Shown piece after piece: positions 60,528 through 64,000 of a DNA stretch of 64,000 nt; within the stretch, counting starts at the first letter, position 1; the number at the start of each line of letters is the position of its first letter. The stretch lies in IMG/VR virus record IMGVR_UViG_3300025413_001239; one strand, written 5' to 3'. Source of the DNA: a virus. Lineage: Duplodnaviria; Caudoviricetes. The notes under the pieces are model-generated. The model saw only the letters and a list, made by a program, of their open reading frames with translations, searched no databases and was not told where the DNA came from. The position numbers and the translations under genes were made by a program.

Positions 60528-61235
60528 ATGGCGAAAATTATTGTTGAAAATTACAAGTTCGATTTTGACTTGGGTTGCAGGCTTTTAAAGTTAAAGCACA
60601 CAGAATGTCCTTTTGTTCAGTTGGAAGATTTTTGGGATGAAATTAAGCCCTTAACTTTCAAGGAGATTGCACAGCTTGAAAACTTGGAGATGCGAAGGAT
60701 TGGTATTGTATGCTTGGGATTGGAAAGGCTTGTTGCAGAAGTTAATCCAAACAGATTAAGTGAGGAAACGCTTATCAAAAAAACTACTTGGATTGGTGAG
60801 GATGGTGGTTTAATTGAACACACATTTGAAGATACCTACGAATTGTTTGAGGTTGATGGGGAATACTTTAATAATGGTTTAACCGATTGGCGTAAGATGG
60901 GTAACTGTTACTTTGTTAAGTTCAAGGATACTTCAACCGATAGGGTTTATATGATTTGGGTTAATTTGTCAAGTGTTTGGAGTACAAACAATAAGCCAAA
61001 GGCTAATAGACAAAATTGGTTTATTGAAGAAGTTCATAAGCGAGAAATTTCACCTATTGATTGTATTGCTTGGACTTTGCAAACGAATGTTGCGAAGGGT
61101 AACATTGAGAAGATTATTAGACAAGGTGATTGCATTTTGGTTAAGCCAAAACACGCAAAGGATGTTACTGACGATAGCCCTGTTAGGCACTTAACAAGTG
61201 AAGAATACAGAAACTTGTTAGTTGCAGAAAGCTAG
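60528..61235 (+). CDS. Conserved phage protein, DUF6745-like (paralog of 15697)
   Basis: KDTSTDRVYMIWV..CIAWT..RQGD..EEY..LLVAES. Confidence 0.55.
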   Translation: MAKIIVENYKFDFDLGCRLLKLKHTECPFVQLEDFWDEIKPLTFKEIAQLENLEMRRIGIVCLGLERLVAEVNPNRLSEETLIKKTTWIGEDGGLIEHTFEDTYELFEVDGEYFNNGLTDWRKMGNCYFVKFKDTSTDRVYMIWVNLSSVWSTNNKPKANRQNWFIEEVHKREISPIDCIAWTLQTNVAKGNIEKIIRQGDCILVKPKHAKDVTDDSPVRHLTSEEYRNLLVAES

Positions 61236-61291
61236 AAAATAAATTTGGGGGTATAGAAATATACCCCTATATTTGCATCAAATTAATAATT

Positions 61292-62959
61292 ATGGCAAAT
61301 ACATTAGAACAAAGAACGGTTTATTTAAACGGTAGAATGGTTACTGTTGGATTAACGGGTGATTTAGGTTATATTGCCATAAACGATACAAACATATATC
61401 CTGACGCTGATAGTCGTGAACAGCATAAAGAAACAATCATACCGTTAATTAATAAAGCTGATTTAAAGGCTTTAAAGGTTGCGATTGACGAGGTGTTAAT
61501 AAATAGTAAGTAATATGAATATTAAGTGTACGCATTGTGGTTCAACTAACATCAAGGCTATTGATAACGAGCCATTAGACTTCAATAACGAGACTTTCGA
61601 TAACGAGTTATATGTTAAGTTCGATTGTAATAATTGTGGCAAAGAATGTACGAAAGTATTCGATTTGAAGCCACAACACAAGAAGCTTGATGAGCTTGTT
61701 GATAGGGTTATCCACCATATCGAAAAGGACTTTAGAGACAAGGACTTAACTGCTGTTGATGATTTGTTAAAGTGTTGCCCAGTTAAAAACCTTGTGGCTT
61801 ATTTGCCTGAAGAGGAATGGGCTGAATTTAAACACCTATTGTTATAACAGTTTAATTAAACAGATATGCCCGAAGTAATTAAAATAGTTAAGGATTGTCC
61901 TTGTTGTGGGGATAATACCAAAGTAAAAAAGGATTTTGATTTTCCTGATACAATGTTATGTTGTGATAAGTGTGGTGCTGATTTTACTAATGATGGCGAG
62001 ATTATACTTGACCCTCGTTTAATTAAATAGATGTACACATTAGTGTACCATACGAGCGTGGATGCAGAAATATTTGGCTATATCAAATAAAGTCCTATAT
62101 TTGCACTCTAAACAAACAGAATATGAGTTATAGTATAATCTACGACAGAGCCTTTATCAAGGTTGACGACAAAAGAACAATACCCTTTCTATTGATGGGT
62201 AGTAACAACTGTTACGACTTAAACAATAAACGTGCTAGGGATTGGGAAAATGCTAGTTTTCATAGTAACGGTATCATTGGTGATAACGAAGCTATCATAA
62301 AGAGCATTGATGATTATCGTGCCAGTTTAATTGAACGGTATGACGGTGTAGAACGTAGTGATGTTTATGACGACAAGCATTTCGGGTACTTTACAAGCCT
62401 TGCCTTTTATGGTAAGGGTACTTGGAAAACAACGTTTTCAGCTTATAGAAGCTACTTTGCTAATGGCATTAAGACAGCTAGAACGATTGAGGAATATAAG
62501 GCGTTATGTATAACTTTTGACGTTAAAGTGTATGTTTGGGATAAACAAAAGGACTTTATTGATAAGGGTATCGAATACAAGGAACGTGTTCATATAAACG
62601 ATACACAACACTTGATTGATACGGTTAAGGAGTTTGAAGATTACTACAAGCCTTTCGGTTATATGGTTTATATAACTAGCCATATAAGCGAATATACAGC
62701 AAAGCGATTAAAGGCTAAAAGAGTACCTAAGCAAAAAGAAGTTAAGGACTTAACAAAAGTATGGGTGTTAGAGTGTTTAAATGTTAATGGTTACTTTGTT
62801 AAGAATGGTCGTAGAAGTTATCGTTATTCACCTTGGAGTGATAATGCTAAGAAGTTTATAACTGAAAGACAAGCACAAGGATACTTAAATAAAATGCTTA
62901 GAAATAAAGATATGTTTGAAGTTAAGCCACTTGAAGGTAGCTTTAAGGTATTGGTTTAA
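61292..62959 (+). other. Hypothetical genes 61292, 61515 (Zn ribbon), ~61866 (Zn ribbon), 62123
   Basis: ORF track; CxxC pairs. Confidence 0.6.
62033..62065. repeat. Dispersed repeat family member
   Basis: GTACACATTAGTGTACC. Confidence 0.6.
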
Positions 62960-63026
62960 TTTCACATATATTCTGTAATACATACAAGGGAACGGTTTAT
63001 ACCGTAGCCCTTTTTTTTATACCTAT

Positions 63027-63073
63027 ATGTTCCGCTGTCACGAGGACAGCGGACGAATGTACTCAAATGTGTA
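63027..63073. repeat. Dispersed repeat family member
   Basis: GCTGTCACGAGGACAGC-GGACGAATGTAC. Confidence 0.7.
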
Positions 63074-63075
63074 TA

Positions 63076-63789
63076 TTAGACTTTATTTCGTTTAACGTCA
63101 CGATTGTAATAGCTACACAACGGTTGTAAGTTGGTGTAATGGTTCAATTGAACCACTTCTTGTTCGGTTAGTGCGGAACTGTTAGGTATTTTATGGTCAA
63201 TATCCCAACCATAATTTGGAGTACCATTATACAACCCATAATTATCCCAGCTCATCCATGACTCAAATTTAGATTCAAGATGTTGTTTAAATTCTTCAAT
63301 TGTACAACCTAGTATTTCAGTTGTTTTTGATGGTTTATTAAACCCTTTAAGACGTAAAGCGGTTTGGATTCTTTTCCTAGTGGTTTCTTTAAGCCGATAA
63401 AGAATATCAGTTTCATACCTGTTTTTACGATAATTATAGGCATACATTGTAACAGCTTCTTTATTACGTTTTTTATATTCATTACTATATGCTTTAATCT
63501 TTTCAGCGTTTTCCTGATAACGAATTTTATTATACTCACTTTTTTTAACCTTAGTTAGTTCATAGTATTGGTTTAATTTAACCGTGTTAGCTTCTCGATA
63601 CTTAACGTTATACTCACGTTTTTTATCCTTATCATAACTAGCTTTAGTACGTTTTAAAACTTTATCTTTATTAGCTTCATAATATTGCTTTGACTTTTCA
63701 GTTATAGATTGTTTATTAGCTTCATAATAGAGTTTTTTTCTTAGTTTAATAGCTTCTTTTTGTTCTGGTGTATATGTTCTTTTTGCCAT
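63076..63789 (-). CDS. HNH homing endonuclease
   Basis: GCTIEEFKQHLESKFESWMSWDNYG..WDIDH..NHYTNLQPLCS. Confidence 0.85.
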   Translation of the reverse strand: MAKRTYTPEQKEAIKLRKKLYYEANKQSITEKSKQYYEANKDKVLKRTKASYDKDKKREYNVKYREANTVKLNQYYELTKVKKSEYNKIRYQENAEKIKAYSNEYKKRNKEAVTMYAYNYRKNRYETDILYRLKETTRKRIQTALRLKGFNKPSKTTEILGCTIEEFKQHLESKFESWMSWDNYGLYNGTPNYGWDIDHKIPNSSALTEQEVVQLNHYTNLQPLCSYYNRDVKRNKV

Positions 63790-63791
63790 AG

Positions 63792-63962
63792 TTATAGTGG
63801 TATTTCAGTTATGTGTTTATTTTTAAATAAGTCTTTAGCGATTAAGTTTTCGATATACTTAGATTTGTTATTATATAGTTCATCAACTTTTTGCATTATT
63901 AATGGGTTAATTGAAACTGTTACAGTAACCTTTTTTTCCTTTTCATCTAGTTTTTTTCTCAT
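63792..63962 (-). CDS. Small RHH-like DNA-binding protein (not in ORF track)
   Basis: 56 aa MRKKLDEKEKKVTVTVSINP..NKSKYIENLI; clear paralog of 1739-1906. Confidence 0.65.
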   Translation of the reverse strand: MRKKLDEKEKKVTVTVSINPLIMQKVDELYNNKSKYIENLIAKDLFKNKHITEIPL

Positions 63963-64000
63963 AGTGTTCTTTATTATAAATATATTAAAACATAAGAAAA

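Noticed and set aside
37-63558. Opposite-strand or alternate-frame ORFs in the track (e.g. 37-264, 787-978, 7682-7867, 14539-14793, 31732-32322, 44609-44926, 63364-63558)
   Set aside because: Shadows of well-supported genes, with no motifs or promoters of their own.
1-64000. Genome-wide stop-codon reassignment (code 15, 4 or 25)
   Set aside because: Long conserved genes are uninterrupted in code 11; TGA is the usual stop in ATGA overlaps and TAG ends several genes. Only local in-frame stops are seen.

Overview
AT-rich 64-kb segment of a very large (jumbo-type) dsDNA phage. A Bacteroidota host is inferred from dozens of TTTG-N19/20-TAnnTTTG promoters, a TonB-dependent receptor and OmpA/outer-membrane genes. 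No structural or replication core genes are in the window. It carries: an ABC importer with an OmpA-domain binding protein; an NAD-precursor uptake/salvage operon (TBDR-PnuC-NadR) plus separate NadM-like and Nudix genes; translation genes (CCA-adding enzyme, short LeuRS, Pth2-like hydrolase, tRNAs); a GH108 endolysin; many homing endonucleases; two solo TnpB elements; and dozens of small early-type genes. Five things stand out. (1) A compact CRISPR system: a 430-aa Cas12f/TnpB-like nuclease, a tracrRNA-like region with an anti-repeat, and a 10-repeat/9-spacer array, with no cas1/cas2 in the window. (2) An amber suppressor tRNA(CUA) directly upstream of a peptidyl-tRNA hydrolase gene with an in-frame TAG at codon 4, plus other TAG-gated mini-ORFs, suggesting a readthrough-controlled regulon in an otherwise code-11 genome. 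(3) About 23 MORN/YwqK-like mini-genes, 14 of them chained by ATGA overlaps through a conserved GAATTTTACTTATGA junction, with signs of shuffling. (4) A 208-nt tRNA-like RNA with a 140-nt structured insert. (5) A dispersed GC-rich repeat family around a gene-free ~52.4-53.0 kb region that may be an origin or terminus. All calls are by-eye motif recognition; no database search was run, and family names are from memory.
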